This document shows positions 26,785-36,253 of a stretch of DNA of 64,000 nucleotides, one piece after another. The notes beneath the pieces are model-generated. The model made no database searches and was not told the origin of the DNA. It saw only the letters and a list, made by a program, of their open reading frames with translations. This DNA is from an uncultured Amnibacterium sp. (lineage in GTDB: Bacteria; Actinomycetota; Actinomycetes; Actinomycetales; Microbacteriaceae), in contig NZ_CAXUGX010000003.1 of the NCBI RefSeq assembly GCF_964250715.1, positions 116,368 to 180,367 on the forward strand, written 5' to 3'. The position numbers and the translations under genes are program-made. Each line of letters starts with the position of its first letter. Positions within the stretch are counted from its first letter, which is position 1.

Positions 26785-28238
26785 ACTCAGTCACCCAACC
26801 GAACTACGAACGGTCGGACTTGACCGTCGGCATAGTCCACTTCGGTGTCGGCAACTTCCACCGGTCGCATCAGGCCATGTACCTCGACCGGCTGTTCAAC
26901 GCCGGCAAGGCCCGCGACTGGGCGATCTGTGGAGTCGGCGTACTCCCGAGCGATATTCGCATGCGGGACGCGCTCGGCTCGCAGGGCATGCGGTACACGC
27001 TCGTCGAGCGGTACCCCGATGGAACGGCGCCGGCAAGAACGATCGGTTCGATCGCCGAATACCTATTCGCGCCCGACGATCCCGAGGCGGTCTTCGAGAA
27101 GCTTGCGGATCCTGCGGTGCGGATCGTGTCGTTGACGATCACCGAGGGCGGATACAACGTCGGCGACGACACCGGCGAGTTCGATCTCGACGAGCCCGTC
27201 GTCGTCGCCGACCTGCAGGACGGTGCCGTCCCAACAACTGTGTACGGGATCGTCGCGGAAGGTGTGCGTCGCCGTCGTGACCGAGGCATTGCCCCGTTCA
27301 CGGTGATGTCCTGTGACAACCTGCCGGGCAACGGATATGTCGCTCGGCAGAGCTTCGTCGCCTTCGCCCGGGCGAAGGATGTAGACCTCGGCGAGTACAT
27401 GGCGCGTGAAGTCGCGTTCCCGAACAGCATGGTCGATCGAATCACACCGGTCACAGGGCCGGACGAGCGCGCATTCGTTAAGGACCACTACGGCGTCATC
27501 GATGCGTGGCCGGTCGTCAGCGAGGGGTTTGCGCAATGGGTTCTCCAGACGCGCTTCACTCTTGGTCGCCCGCCTTATGAGGACGTCGGCGTCCAGGTCG
27601 TCGACGACGTCCTGCCCTACGAGGAGATGAAGCTCCGGCTGCTGAATGCCAGCCACCAGGCCCTCGCCTACGTCGGCTACCTCTCCGGTCACCGGTTCGC
27701 GCACGAGGCAGCAATGGATCCGCTGATCGCCAGCCTCGTCACCCGATACATGACCGAGGAGGCTGTCCCGACGCTCGACCCGGTACCCGGCGTCGACCTC
27801 GACGACTACCAGCAGAGCCTCATGGATCGGTTCGCCAACGTGCACGTCCGCGACACGCTCCTGCGACTCGCGACCGACGGATCGGACCGCATCGCGAAGT
27901 TCGTGCTGCCGGTCGTGCGAGACCGCATCGCGGCGGGAGAGTCCGTCGAGCTGGCCGCAGCCATCGCGGCAAGCTGGGCGACGTTCGCCCGCGGCGTCGA
28001 CGAGTACGGCGAGCGGATTCCCATGATCGACCGCCAGCTCGACGCAGTTCGCCACATCGTGGCTGAAGCGGACGACGATCCGGAGCGGTTCCTGAGCGCT
28101 GGCGCAGCAGTGTTCGGCGGTCTCGCCACCGAACCAGTGTTCGTGACCCCCTTCGTTCGTGCCTACCGGCTCATCCGCGAGTTCGGTGCCCAAAGGGCCC
28201 TCGACGAGCTGGTCGGGACCCCGATTACGACTTCCTGA
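26781..28238 (+). CDS. mannitol dehydrogenase-family polyol/hexuronate oxidoreductase
   Basis: 485 aa. IVHFGVGNFHRSHQAMY N-terminal Rossmann block, SLTITEGGY, MSCDNLPGNG, PNSMVDRITP typical of the long-chain mannitol-2-dehydrogenase family. ATGA overlap with the esterase. Confidence 0.85.
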   Translation: MNSVTQPNYERSDLTVGIVHFGVGNFHRSHQAMYLDRLFNAGKARDWAICGVGVLPSDIRMRDALGSQGMRYTLVERYPDGTAPARTIGSIAEYLFAPDDPEAVFEKLADPAVRIVSLTITEGGYNVGDDTGEFDLDEPVVVADLQDGAVPTTVYGIVAEGVRRRRDRGIAPFTVMSCDNLPGNGYVARQSFVAFARAKDVDLGEYMAREVAFPNSMVDRITPVTGPDERAFVKDHYGVIDAWPVVSEGFAQWVLQTRFTLGRPPYEDVGVQVVDDVLPYEEMKLRLLNASHQALAYVGYLSGHRFAHEAAMDPLIASLVTRYMTEEAVPTLDPVPGVDLDDYQQSLMDRFANVHVRDTLLRLATDGSDRIAKFVLPVVRDRIAAGESVELAAAIAASWATFARGVDEYGERIPMIDRQLDAVRHIVAEADDDPERFLSAGAAVFGGLATEPVFVTPFVRAYRLIREFGAQRALDELVGTPITTS

Positions 28239-28267
28239 CGACTTCACACCAACCAAGAGAGGAACCC

Positions 28268-29848
28268 ATGTTCACCACAGCACGAACCTCGGGAGGGCGC
28301 ACCGTTCGCGGTGGCGCGCTCGCCGTGGTGGCGGTCGCAGCGCTGGCGCTGTCCGCCTGCTCCGGTACCAGCTCGAACGGCGCGAAGAGCGCCGCCTCCG
28401 ACACACTGACCGTGGCGCTCACCACGCCGCCGATCAGCATGGACCCGACGGCGGCCGGCAACGGCATCCCGCTGATCTGGTACATGAACCTGGCGTATGA
28501 GCCGCTCATCAAGCGGGACGTCGACGGCACGGCCAAGCCGGGCCTCGCGACTGACTGGAAATACTCCTCCGACCGTCTGACCTTCACTATGAACCTGCGC
28601 AAGGGCGTGCAGTTCAGCGACGGCAGCGCCCTGACCGCCGACGCGGTCGTCGCGTGGTTGAAGCACTACAAGGAGAAGGGCCAGTTCGCCGCCTGGCTGG
28701 CGAATGTCACCGACATAACCGCGAGCGGCCCGCTGGCGGTAACTCTCAAGCTCAGCACGCCCGACCCGCTGCTGCCCTACGGCTTCGACCAGGGCGGCGT
28801 CGCGGGCGACATAGTCGCTCCCGCAGGGCTCGAGAACGGCGGAAAGTCCCTCGGAACCGAGACCTTCGGCGCCGGCCCATACATGCTCGACAAGAAGGCG
28901 ACGATCGCCAACTCGTCCTACGTGTTCGTGAAGAACCCGCACTATTACCTCAAGTCGCAGCAGCATTACAAGAAGGTCGTCCTGAAGGTCATCACTGACC
29001 AGAACTCGATTCTCTCTGCGCTGCGGTCCGGGCAAGTGCAGGTCGCGCAGGGCTCGGCGACGAACGCGGCGGCCGCGAAGAAGGCAGGCTTGAACGTCAC
29101 GTCCGCGCCGTCCGGCATGGTCGGTATGTACATCGCCGACCAGAACGGCCAGATCGCACCGGCGCTCAAGGACGTTCGCGTCCGCCAGGCCCTCAACTAT
29201 GCGATCGATCGGAAGTCGATCACCAAGACGCTCTACGGCGACTACGGGACCCCGACCACGCAGTACGTGCCGAAGGAGATCCCCGGCTATGTCGCGAGCC
29301 TCGAGGACGTGTACCCCTACGACCCGGCCAAGGCGAAAGCACTGTTGAAGGAGGCCGGCTACGCCAAGGGCTTCAGCTTCTCGCTGCTCGAACAGCCGGG
29401 CGTCGACAGCGGCGACCAGCTCGCCCAGGCGATGGTGGCGCAGTGGAAGGCGATCGGCGTCAATGTGACGTTGAAGAACATCCCGGCGTTCGCGGACTAC
29501 GTGAATGCAGCGGTGTCGAAGAAGTACGCGGCGACGACGCTGACCTTCAACTACTCCGTGCAGCTCGTAGACACCCAGCAGCTCACGACCTTCCCCGCGG
29601 TCTACAACTTCCTCGGGTTCAAGGATGCGAAGGCGAACGCTTTGGCGACCGCACAGCGGAAGTTCGACCTCGACTCGCCCGAGGGCAAGACGGCAGCCGA
29701 AGCGTCCGAAACCTACATGGTGCAGAACGCGTTCGCCGTGCCGGTAGCGAGCGTCGGTTCGGTCATTTTCTCGGCGAAGTCGGTCACTGGAGTCGACTAC
29801 ACGCCATACCCGTGGCCGAACCCCAGCAACTGGAAGCCCGCCAACTGA
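28268..29848 (+). CDS. ABC transporter substrate-binding lipoprotein, family 5 (Dpp/Opp type)
   Basis: 526 aa. Signal peptide plus lipobox ALALSACSG. Length and blocks of cluster-C peptide/oligosaccharide/opine binding proteins. Confidence 0.85.
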   Translation: MFTTARTSGGRTVRGGALAVVAVAALALSACSGTSSNGAKSAASDTLTVALTTPPISMDPTAAGNGIPLIWYMNLAYEPLIKRDVDGTAKPGLATDWKYSSDRLTFTMNLRKGVQFSDGSALTADAVVAWLKHYKEKGQFAAWLANVTDITASGPLAVTLKLSTPDPLLPYGFDQGGVAGDIVAPAGLENGGKSLGTETFGAGPYMLDKKATIANSSYVFVKNPHYYLKSQQHYKKVVLKVITDQNSILSALRSGQVQVAQGSATNAAAAKKAGLNVTSAPSGMVGMYIADQNGQIAPALKDVRVRQALNYAIDRKSITKTLYGDYGTPTTQYVPKEIPGYVASLEDVYPYDPAKAKALLKEAGYAKGFSFSLLEQPGVDSGDQLAQAMVAQWKAIGVNVTLKNIPAFADYVNAAVSKKYAATTLTFNYSVQLVDTQQLTTFPAVYNFLGFKDAKANALATAQRKFDLDSPEGKTAAEASETYMVQNAFAVPVASVGSVIFSAKSVTGVDYTPYPWPNPSNWKPAN

Positions 29849-29917
29849 TCACCAGCTCGCCGGTCGGTCCGTTTGGACCGGCCGGCGAGCGCCCCTCGAA
29901 GGACCGGACATCACTGG

Positions 29918-30859
29918 ATGATCAAGAACCTCGCGCTGCGGCTGCTCGGCTCGCTCGTGCTCCTCATCGTCGTCCCAACCGTCACGTTCTTCGTGCAGGC
30001 CGTCGTGCCGACGAACATCGGGCGGTCGGTGCTCGGGATCAATGCTTCCGAGACCGCGGTGAACGCCTACAACCGCCAGCTCGGCCTCGATAAGCCGCTG
30101 ATCGGCCGGTATGTCGACTGGCTCGCCGGTGCCGTGCACGGCGACTTTGGAGTCTCGTACAACAATTCCGAGCCGGTGCAGGCGGTACTCGCCCCGCGGC
30201 TCGGCGTCAGCCTGTCGCTGATCGTCGGCGCCCTGCTCGTCTTCACCGTCGTCGGGCTGCTGCTCGGCATCCTGTCGGCGACCGGGAACAAGATCGTCGG
30301 CACTGTCGTCGATGCGGTCTCCACCATCGGCGTCGCGGTGCCGAACTTCTGGCTCGCCGTTCTCCTCGTCGCGGTGCTCGCCGTGCAGTTGAACGTGCTG
30401 CCCGCGACCGGCTACGTCGATCCCTCCTTCTCGCCGACCCTGTGGCTCGCGTCGCTCGTGCTGCCAGTGATCGCACTCGCGTTCTCCGGCATCACCGCAG
30501 TCGCGAAGCAGACCCGCGACCAGATGCTCATCGCAATCGAGAGCCCGTACACGCGCACGCTGCGCGCGAACGGTGCCTCCGAGTTCTCACTCGTTTACAA
30601 GCACGCGCTGCGGAACGCCGCCGGACCCGTCGTCACCGTGCTCGGCATCATTTTTGTCGGGGCCCTCAGCGGCTCGGTGATCGTCGAGAACATTTTCGTG
30701 CTTCCGGGGCTCGGTTCGCAGGCCCTGCAGTCGACCCTGCAGAAGGACCTGCCCGTGATTCAGGGTATCGCCGTGTACTTCACGATCGTCGTCGTGATCG
30801 TCAACGTTCTCATCGACGTGGCGACTGCCATCCTCAACCCGAAGGTGCGTGCCGCATGA
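29918..30859 (+). CDS. ABC transporter permease (DppB/OppB type)
   Basis: 313 aa from MIKNLALRLLGSL... 6 TM. BPD inner-membrane component pattern. Confidence 0.85.
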   Translation: MIKNLALRLLGSLVLLIVVPTVTFFVQAVVPTNIGRSVLGINASETAVNAYNRQLGLDKPLIGRYVDWLAGAVHGDFGVSYNNSEPVQAVLAPRLGVSLSLIVGALLVFTVVGLLLGILSATGNKIVGTVVDAVSTIGVAVPNFWLAVLLVAVLAVQLNVLPATGYVDPSFSPTLWLASLVLPVIALAFSGITAVAKQTRDQMLIAIESPYTRTLRANGASEFSLVYKHALRNAAGPVVTVLGIIFVGALSGSVIVENIFVLPGLGSQALQSTLQKDLPVIQGIAVYFTIVVVIVNVLIDVATAILNPKVRAA

Positions 30860-32805
30860 CCGCTGTGCTCGAGGAGATCACCGCGCAGGCCGAGGCGGCA
30901 GGCCGTCCTCCGGCGCACCTTCGCCTGCTCCGCAATTACTTGCGTCGCCCGCTCGGCGTCATTGCTGCGACGTTCCTCGTCCTCGTGGTGATCGGTGTCG
31001 TACTCGCGCCGATCCTCGCACCGTATGACCCACTTGCGCAGGATCTCCAGCACACCCTCGCGCTTCCCAGCGCGCGTCACATTCTCGGCACCGACCGGCT
31101 CGGGAGAGACGTCCTGAGTCGCCTCCTGTGGGGCGGGCAGCTCTCCCTCCTCGGGCTTGTCGAAGCGCTGATCGTCGCTTTCGTCGTCGGCCTCGTGTTC
31201 GGACTCATTGCCGGGTACCTCGGGAAGGGCGTCGACAACGTCATCTCGCGCGTCACCGAGGTCGTCATGGCGATCCCCGGGATCGTGCTGCTGCTGATGG
31301 TCTACTCGCTGACTAATAACAACCCGCACGCCGGCATGGTGATGCTCGGCCTGCTGTCCACGCCGACCGTGCTGCGCGTCACGCGTGGAGCCGCCCGATC
31401 GGTGCGCGAGGAGACGTTTGTGGCCGCCTCGCGCGTCATCGGGATGAGTCGGGTGAGGATCATGCTGCAGCACGTCCTGCCCAACATCTGGGGCCCGATC
31501 ATCGTCAACACGGCGGTGCTCGGCGCCGTGATACTCGGCATTCAGGGTGGCCTGAACTACATCAACCTCGGTGTGAACCCACCGGCGCCCAGCTGGGGCG
31601 GCATGGTATCCGAGGCGCAGCAGTCGCTCTCGCAGCAGCCCTGGCTCATCGTCCCGAGCGGCCTGTTGATCACACTTGTGATCATGGCGCTCGTGCTCGT
31701 CGCGGACGCGCTCCGAGACGTGACGTCCGCGAAGCGGTCGCGGACGCCCACACGGTCGTCAGGGCTGGAGCAGCGCACTGTGGTGAAGCGCCCGTCGGTC
31801 GTCCGCCCGGCCAACACGGCTGCGGCGCTGTCGGTCAGGAACCTGTCGGTGTCGTTTGGGGGTCTCGAGGTCGTGCGTCGTGTCAGCTTCGACGTGGAGC
31901 CGGGCCGTTCCCTCGGGATTGTGGGTGAGTCCGGCTGCGGCAAGACCGTCACGGCGTCCGCGGTGCTCGGAAGCCTTGGTGCGAACGCCGTCATAACCGG
32001 CCAGGTGGTGTTCGACGGCGTCAACCTGAACGCGGCGTCGAAGAAGCTGCGGTCTTCCGTCCGTGGCACCGGAATCGCCTACATCTCTCAGGACCCGATG
32101 GTCGCGCTCGATCCGTCGTTCACGGTCGCGAGCCAGCTCGGCGAGCTCGTCGGCCGGCATGACAAGCTGCGCGGCCCCCGCCGCCGTGCGCGCGTGCTCG
32201 AGCTACTGACGCAGGTCGGTTTGCCGAAGCCTGCAGATGTCGCAAAGCGGTACCCGCATCAGCTCTCCGGCGGCATGGCCCAGCGCGTCGCGATCGCGTG
32301 CGCGCTCGCGGGCCGACCGCGCGTGCTCGTTGCCGACGAGCCGACGACCGCGCTGGATGTGACGATCCAGGGCGAGATCCTCGGGCTGCTGCGTCATCTC
32401 CAGGAGGAGACGGGCATGGCAATCGTGATCATCACCCACGACCTTGGAGTTGTCGCCGACCTCTGCAGCCGCGTCGCCGTCATGTACGCGGGCGAGGTGG
32501 TCGAGGAGGCGGACGTGGAGACGGTGTTCACGCGGCCCGCGCATCCATACACACGTGGGCTGCTCGGCTCGAACCCGATCGTCTCGACGCCGGGCGAGTC
32601 GCTTCCGTCGATCGCGGGAACGGTGCCGAGCCCCGCGGACTGGCCGGTTGGTTGTCATTTCGCGGACCGCTGCCCGCTCCGCGTGGACGCATGCACTGCG
32701 AGACCGATCCCGCTCGAGGTGGTCGACGACGGCCAGGATCACGACGCTCGGTGCATCCGCGTGGAGGAGCTGCTCGAACTGGAGAGGGTGCGGGAGGCAG
32801 TATGA
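30856..32805 (+). CDS. fused ABC permease (DppC type) and ATP-binding protein (DppD type)
   Basis: 649 aa in one uninterrupted frame. The permease half ends ..[12 protein letters not shown] ~45-aa linker follows, then the ATPase with Walker A GESGCGKT, signature [15 protein letters not shown], Walker [13 protein letters not shown] and an oligopeptide-type C-terminal Cys motif. ATGA overlaps at both ends. Confidence 0.85.
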   Translation: MTAVLEEITAQAEAAGRPPAHLRLLRNYLRRPLGVIAATFLVLVVIGVVLAPILAPYDPLAQDLQHTLALPSARHILGTDRLGRDVLSRLLWGGQLSLLGLVEALIVAFVVGLVFGLIAGYLGKGVDNVISRVTEVVMAIPGIVLLLMVYSLTNNNPHAGMVMLGLLSTPTVLRVTRGAARSVREETFVAASRVIGMSRVRIMLQHVLPNIWGPIIVNTAVLGAVILGIQGGLNYINLGVNPPAPSWGGMVSEAQQSLSQQPWLIVPSGLLITLVIMALVLVADALRDVTSAKRSRTPTRSSGLEQRTVVKRPSVVRPANTAAALSVRNLSVSFGGLEVVRRVSFDVEPGRSLGIVGESGCGKTVTASAVLGSLGANAVITGQVVFDGVNLNAASKKLRSSVRGTGIAYISQDPMVALDPSFTVASQLGELVGRHDKLRGPRRRARVLELLTQVGLPKPADVAKRYPHQLSGGMAQRVAIACALAGRPRVLVADEPTTALDVTIQGEILGLLRHLQEETGMAIVIITHDLGVVADLCSRVAVMYAGEVVEEADVETVFTRPAHPYTRGLLGSNPIVSTPGESLPSIAGTVPSPADWPVGCHFADRCPLRVDACTARPIPLEVVDDGQDHDARCIRVEELLELERVREAV

Positions 32806-33872
32806 GCGACCTGCAGAGCGCTGAAATCGTGCTCGATCTCCGCGAGGTGAGTGTTACCTACCCGCGGGGGTTCGGCAAGGCGCCGTTCCGTGCGGTTTCA
32901 GGTGTGTCGATGACGGTCCGTCGCGGCGAGACCGTTTCAATCGTCGGCGAGTCAGGCTCGGGAAAGTCGACGATCGGTTCCGCGATCCTCGGCCTTCAGC
33001 CCGTCGCCGACGGGACGATCTTGCTGAAGGGGAACGACATCTCCCACGCGTCGGTCAGGCAGCGGCGTGCGCTGCGCACCTCGTTGCAGGCGGTGTTCCA
33101 AGACCCGTTCAGTTCACTCGACCCCTCGCAGACCGTCGGTCAGATCGTGGGTGAACCGCTGGCGGTCGCGCTCCCGGAGCTCTCGGCGGCTGAGCGAGCG
33201 GAGCGGGTCCGGGCCATTCTCGGCCGGGTCGGTATCGCCCCGGCCGCTTCCTCGAAGTTCCCGGCGGAGTTCTCCGGCGGCCAGCGGCAGCGCATTGCAA
33301 TTGCGCGGGCGCTCGTGCTCGAGCCGGAGATCGTCGTCTGCGATGAGGCGGTCAGCGCGCTCGATGTGTCCGTGCAGGCGCAGGTCCTCAACCTGTTGGA
33401 GGAGCTTCAGCTCGAGCGGGGAACGAGCTACGTTTTCATCTCTCACAACATGGCGGTTGTTCGGCACATCTCCGACCGGGTTCTCGTTCTGTACCACGGG
33501 CAGGTGATGGAGGAGGGGCCGGCCGACCAGGTCTGTAACCGACCAGCGCACCCGTATACGCGGTCGCTGCTCGCCTCCGTGCCCGTACCTGATGTGGCGG
33601 CGCAGCGCGCAAGGCGTGAAGCGCGCTTTGCGGCAAGCACGCGTTCAGGTATCGGGCCGAAGGACGGCATCGGCTGCCCGTTCGCGCCACGCTGTCCGTA
33701 CGCCCGGCCGGAGTGCGTCGCGGCGACGCCGCCGCTCGTCGATGTCGGGGATGGACGGAAGGCCGCATGCATCCGACTCGCCGACATCCCCGCGGCCGAC
33801 GAGATCCCGGCGCTCGAGGTCTCCATCGCGGCGGCCGCCTGGCTGCCTACGGACGAGTCCGGCGCGGCGTGA
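32802..33872 (+). CDS. ABC transporter ATP-binding protein (DppF/OppF type)
   Basis: Walker A GESGSGKST, FSGGQRQRIAIARAL, VVCDEAVSALD. Confidence 0.9.
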   Translation: MSDLQSAEIVLDLREVSVTYPRGFGKAPFRAVSGVSMTVRRGETVSIVGESGSGKSTIGSAILGLQPVADGTILLKGNDISHASVRQRRALRTSLQAVFQDPFSSLDPSQTVGQIVGEPLAVALPELSAAERAERVRAILGRVGIAPAASSKFPAEFSGGQRQRIAIARALVLEPEIVVCDEAVSALDVSVQAQVLNLLEELQLERGTSYVFISHNMAVVRHISDRVLVLYHGQVMEEGPADQVCNRPAHPYTRSLLASVPVPDVAAQRARREARFAASTRSGIGPKDGIGCPFAPRCPYARPECVAATPPLVDVGDGRKAACIRLADIPAADEIPALEVSIAAAAWLPTDESGAA

Positions 33873-33886
33873 GTAAGGAGGACGGG

Positions 33887-35260
33887 ATGACAGATCAGCC
33901 CATCATCGACACGACAGCGGGGCCTGTGCAGGGCCGTGCGGTCGAGGGCGTGGAGCGGTACCTCGGAGTGCCGTACGCGGCGGCGCCGTTCGGAGCGCTT
34001 CGATTCCTCGCCCCTCAGGCGCACGCGCCGTGGATCGAGCCGTTCCAGGCCGATCGATTCGGGCCGACTGCACCGCAGAAGGAGGGTGCATCGCCCGGCG
34101 GTCTACCCGACGTGATCGAGCCGATCATCGCTGGCGATGAGATCCTCAACCTCAATGTATGGACACCGGTCGACCGCAGCGGCCCGCTGCCGGTGCTGTT
34201 GTGGATCCATGGTGGGGGATTCTTCGCAGGCTGCAGTGCGAACCCCTGGTACGACGGCACCTCGTTCGCTCGTCAGGGTCTTGTATTCGTCAGTTGCAAT
34301 TACCGATTCGGTGCCGAAGGTTTCCTGGAACTCGAGGGAGCGCCCGCGAACCGCGGGGTGCTCGACTGGATCGCCGCGCTCGAGTGGATCCGCGACAACA
34401 TCGCGGCGTTCGGCGGTGACCCCGCCGCGGTCACGATCATGGGCCAGTCAGCAGGTGGCATGGCGGTCTCGGCGCTGCTCAGCGCCCCTGCCGCGGAGCG
34501 GCTGTTCCACCGTGCGATCATCGCCAGCGGCGTGAGCGCGAGCAGCATCTGGTCGCGGGATGCGGCGATCGCCGTTGCAGAGGACGTCACCCAGGAGGCC
34601 GGCATCGCTCGAACGCTCGAGGGCGCGCGCTCCGCGACCCCGAATCAAATCATCGCGGCGCACGAGCGCGTCAACGACCGTCCGGTGGAGGAAGGCGGGT
34701 CGTTGATGCCGCCGTGGGCGCCGGTCGTCGACGGCGCGTTGCTCGACGGCGACCTGTTCGACGCTGTCGCACAGGGCCGCAGCGCAGGAATACCGGTGCT
34801 CGTCGGCTCGACCGCGAACGAGTTCGCCTGGATGACCTACCGCGATCGTCCGGACGACGAGGAGGCGAAGGCAGAGGGGCAGCAGTTGTTCGCCGATGAG
34901 CTGTTCCGGCTGCCGATCCAGCGGTTCGCCGACGCGCGGGCCGACGCCGGTGCGGCGCCGACCTTCCGCTACGAGTTCCAGTGGAAGTCAAGCGCCGCAC
35001 CTTATATCCGCGCGGGTCACTCGCTCGACATACCGTTCTGCTTCCACACGCTCGATGCGGCCTATGTGCTCGACTACACCGGGCCGAACCCACCGGTCGC
35101 ACTCGCCGACGAGGACCACGACGCGTTCGCTGCGTTCGCCCGCACCGGAGATCCCGGCTGGCCGGCGTACGAACGGGCCGGCGCGGTCAAGCTGTTCGAC
35201 ACCCCGTCGCGCGTCGGTACCGTCCGAGATCTCGGACTCCCCACTGACTCTGCGGCCTGA
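33887..35260 (+). CDS. type-B carboxylesterase/lipase, copy 2
   Basis: 457 aa from ATG 33887 (SD AAGGAGGA). LNLNVWTP, WIHGGGF, GVLDWIAALEWIRDNIAAFGGDP, GQSAGG elbow. Paralog of 25189..26784. Confidence 0.9.
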   Translation: MTDQPIIDTTAGPVQGRAVEGVERYLGVPYAAAPFGALRFLAPQAHAPWIEPFQADRFGPTAPQKEGASPGGLPDVIEPIIAGDEILNLNVWTPVDRSGPLPVLLWIHGGGFFAGCSANPWYDGTSFARQGLVFVSCNYRFGAEGFLELEGAPANRGVLDWIAALEWIRDNIAAFGGDPAAVTIMGQSAGGMAVSALLSAPAAERLFHRAIIASGVSASSIWSRDAAIAVAEDVTQEAGIARTLEGARSATPNQIIAAHERVNDRPVEEGGSLMPPWAPVVDGALLDGDLFDAVAQGRSAGIPVLVGSTANEFAWMTYRDRPDDEEAKAEGQQLFADELFRLPIQRFADARADAGAAPTFRYEFQWKSSAAPYIRAGHSLDIPFCFHTLDAAYVLDYTGPNPPVALADEDHDAFAAFARTGDPGWPAYERAGAVKLFDTPSRVGTVRDLGLPTDSAA

Positions 35261-35301
35261 GCCGCGGCGACAGATCATCGGCAGAAAGGCGGAGCAAGCC
35301 G

Positions 35302-36249
35302 ATGACGACCGAATACGACCGACTTCGCGAAGCGCGGTTCGCGAAGTTGACCGACGAGCAGCGACAGCTTCTGCAATTCCCCGACCTCGTCGCGCTCGGT
35401 GTGGCGGGGGTGCGTCAGGTGATCGAAGACGGTAACCGCACGATGCCGGTGACGCCGGGTGTCGACTGGCGCGACGTCGAGGTCATGGGGCCGCATGGCT
35501 TGGTCCCGGTGCGAATCTTCGAACCGCGGAACACCGGCGGACCGTTACCGATCGTCGTGCACACTCATTCCGGCGGATTCATCGCCGGAGGCGGTTTCGA
35601 TCAGTGGAACGGATTCGATTCGGCTATTGCAGCGGGCGTGCCGGCCCTGGTCGTGCATCCCGACTTCCGTCTCCCTCCGGAAGACAGGTTCCCGATCGGC
35701 CTCGAGGAAAGCTGGGCTGTGCTCCGGTGGGCGGCTGCAGGCGGGGTCGGCGAGCGTGCGGATACGTCCAAGATCGCGGTCGGCGGCGGATGCACGGGCG
35801 GCAATATGGCGGCGGTGCTCGCACTGATGGCCCGCGACGCCGGCGCGCCGCAACTCGCGCTGCAGTTCCTCGAGTCCTGGCCGTCGGATCTGCGGAACGA
35901 CTCCCGATCGCAATACGAGTTCGCCGATGGATATGGTCTGCGAAAGAGCGACGGCGATTTCGTGACCTCTGCCTACCTCGCCGATCCGGAAGACCGCTGG
36001 GAATGGCGAGCGTCACCTCTGCTCGCCGAATCCATGGCCGCCGTCGCCCCGGCCCTGATCACGGTCGGCGATTGGGACATCCTCCGCGACGAGGACGTGC
36101 AGTACGCGAACAGGCTCCGCGACGCGGGTGTTCCGGTAGAACTGCACGTCGATCCGGAACGGGGGCACCCGGGCGATCCTCAGGTACTGATGGCTCGCCT
36201 CGTCGATGCCCTGCGGAGGGCACTCGGTTCGTCGGTCGGCACAGGATGA
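35302..36249 (+). CDS. hormone-sensitive-lipase-family alpha/beta hydrolase with Cys at the nucleophile position
   Basis: 315 aa. HSGGF (HGGG-type oxyanion block), IAVGGGCTGGNMAA in place of the usual IAVAGDSAGGNLAA, DILRDED.. and ..ERGH acid/His blocks. Confidence 0.8.
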   Translation: MTTEYDRLREARFAKLTDEQRQLLQFPDLVALGVAGVRQVIEDGNRTMPVTPGVDWRDVEVMGPHGLVPVRIFEPRNTGGPLPIVVHTHSGGFIAGGGFDQWNGFDSAIAAGVPALVVHPDFRLPPEDRFPIGLEESWAVLRWAAAGGVGERADTSKIAVGGGCTGGNMAAVLALMARDAGAPQLALQFLESWPSDLRNDSRSQYEFADGYGLRKSDGDFVTSAYLADPEDRWEWRASPLLAESMAAVAPALITVGDWDILRDEDVQYANRLRDAGVPVELHVDPERGHPGDPQVLMARLVDALRRALGSSVGTG

Positions 36250-36253
36250 CCTG

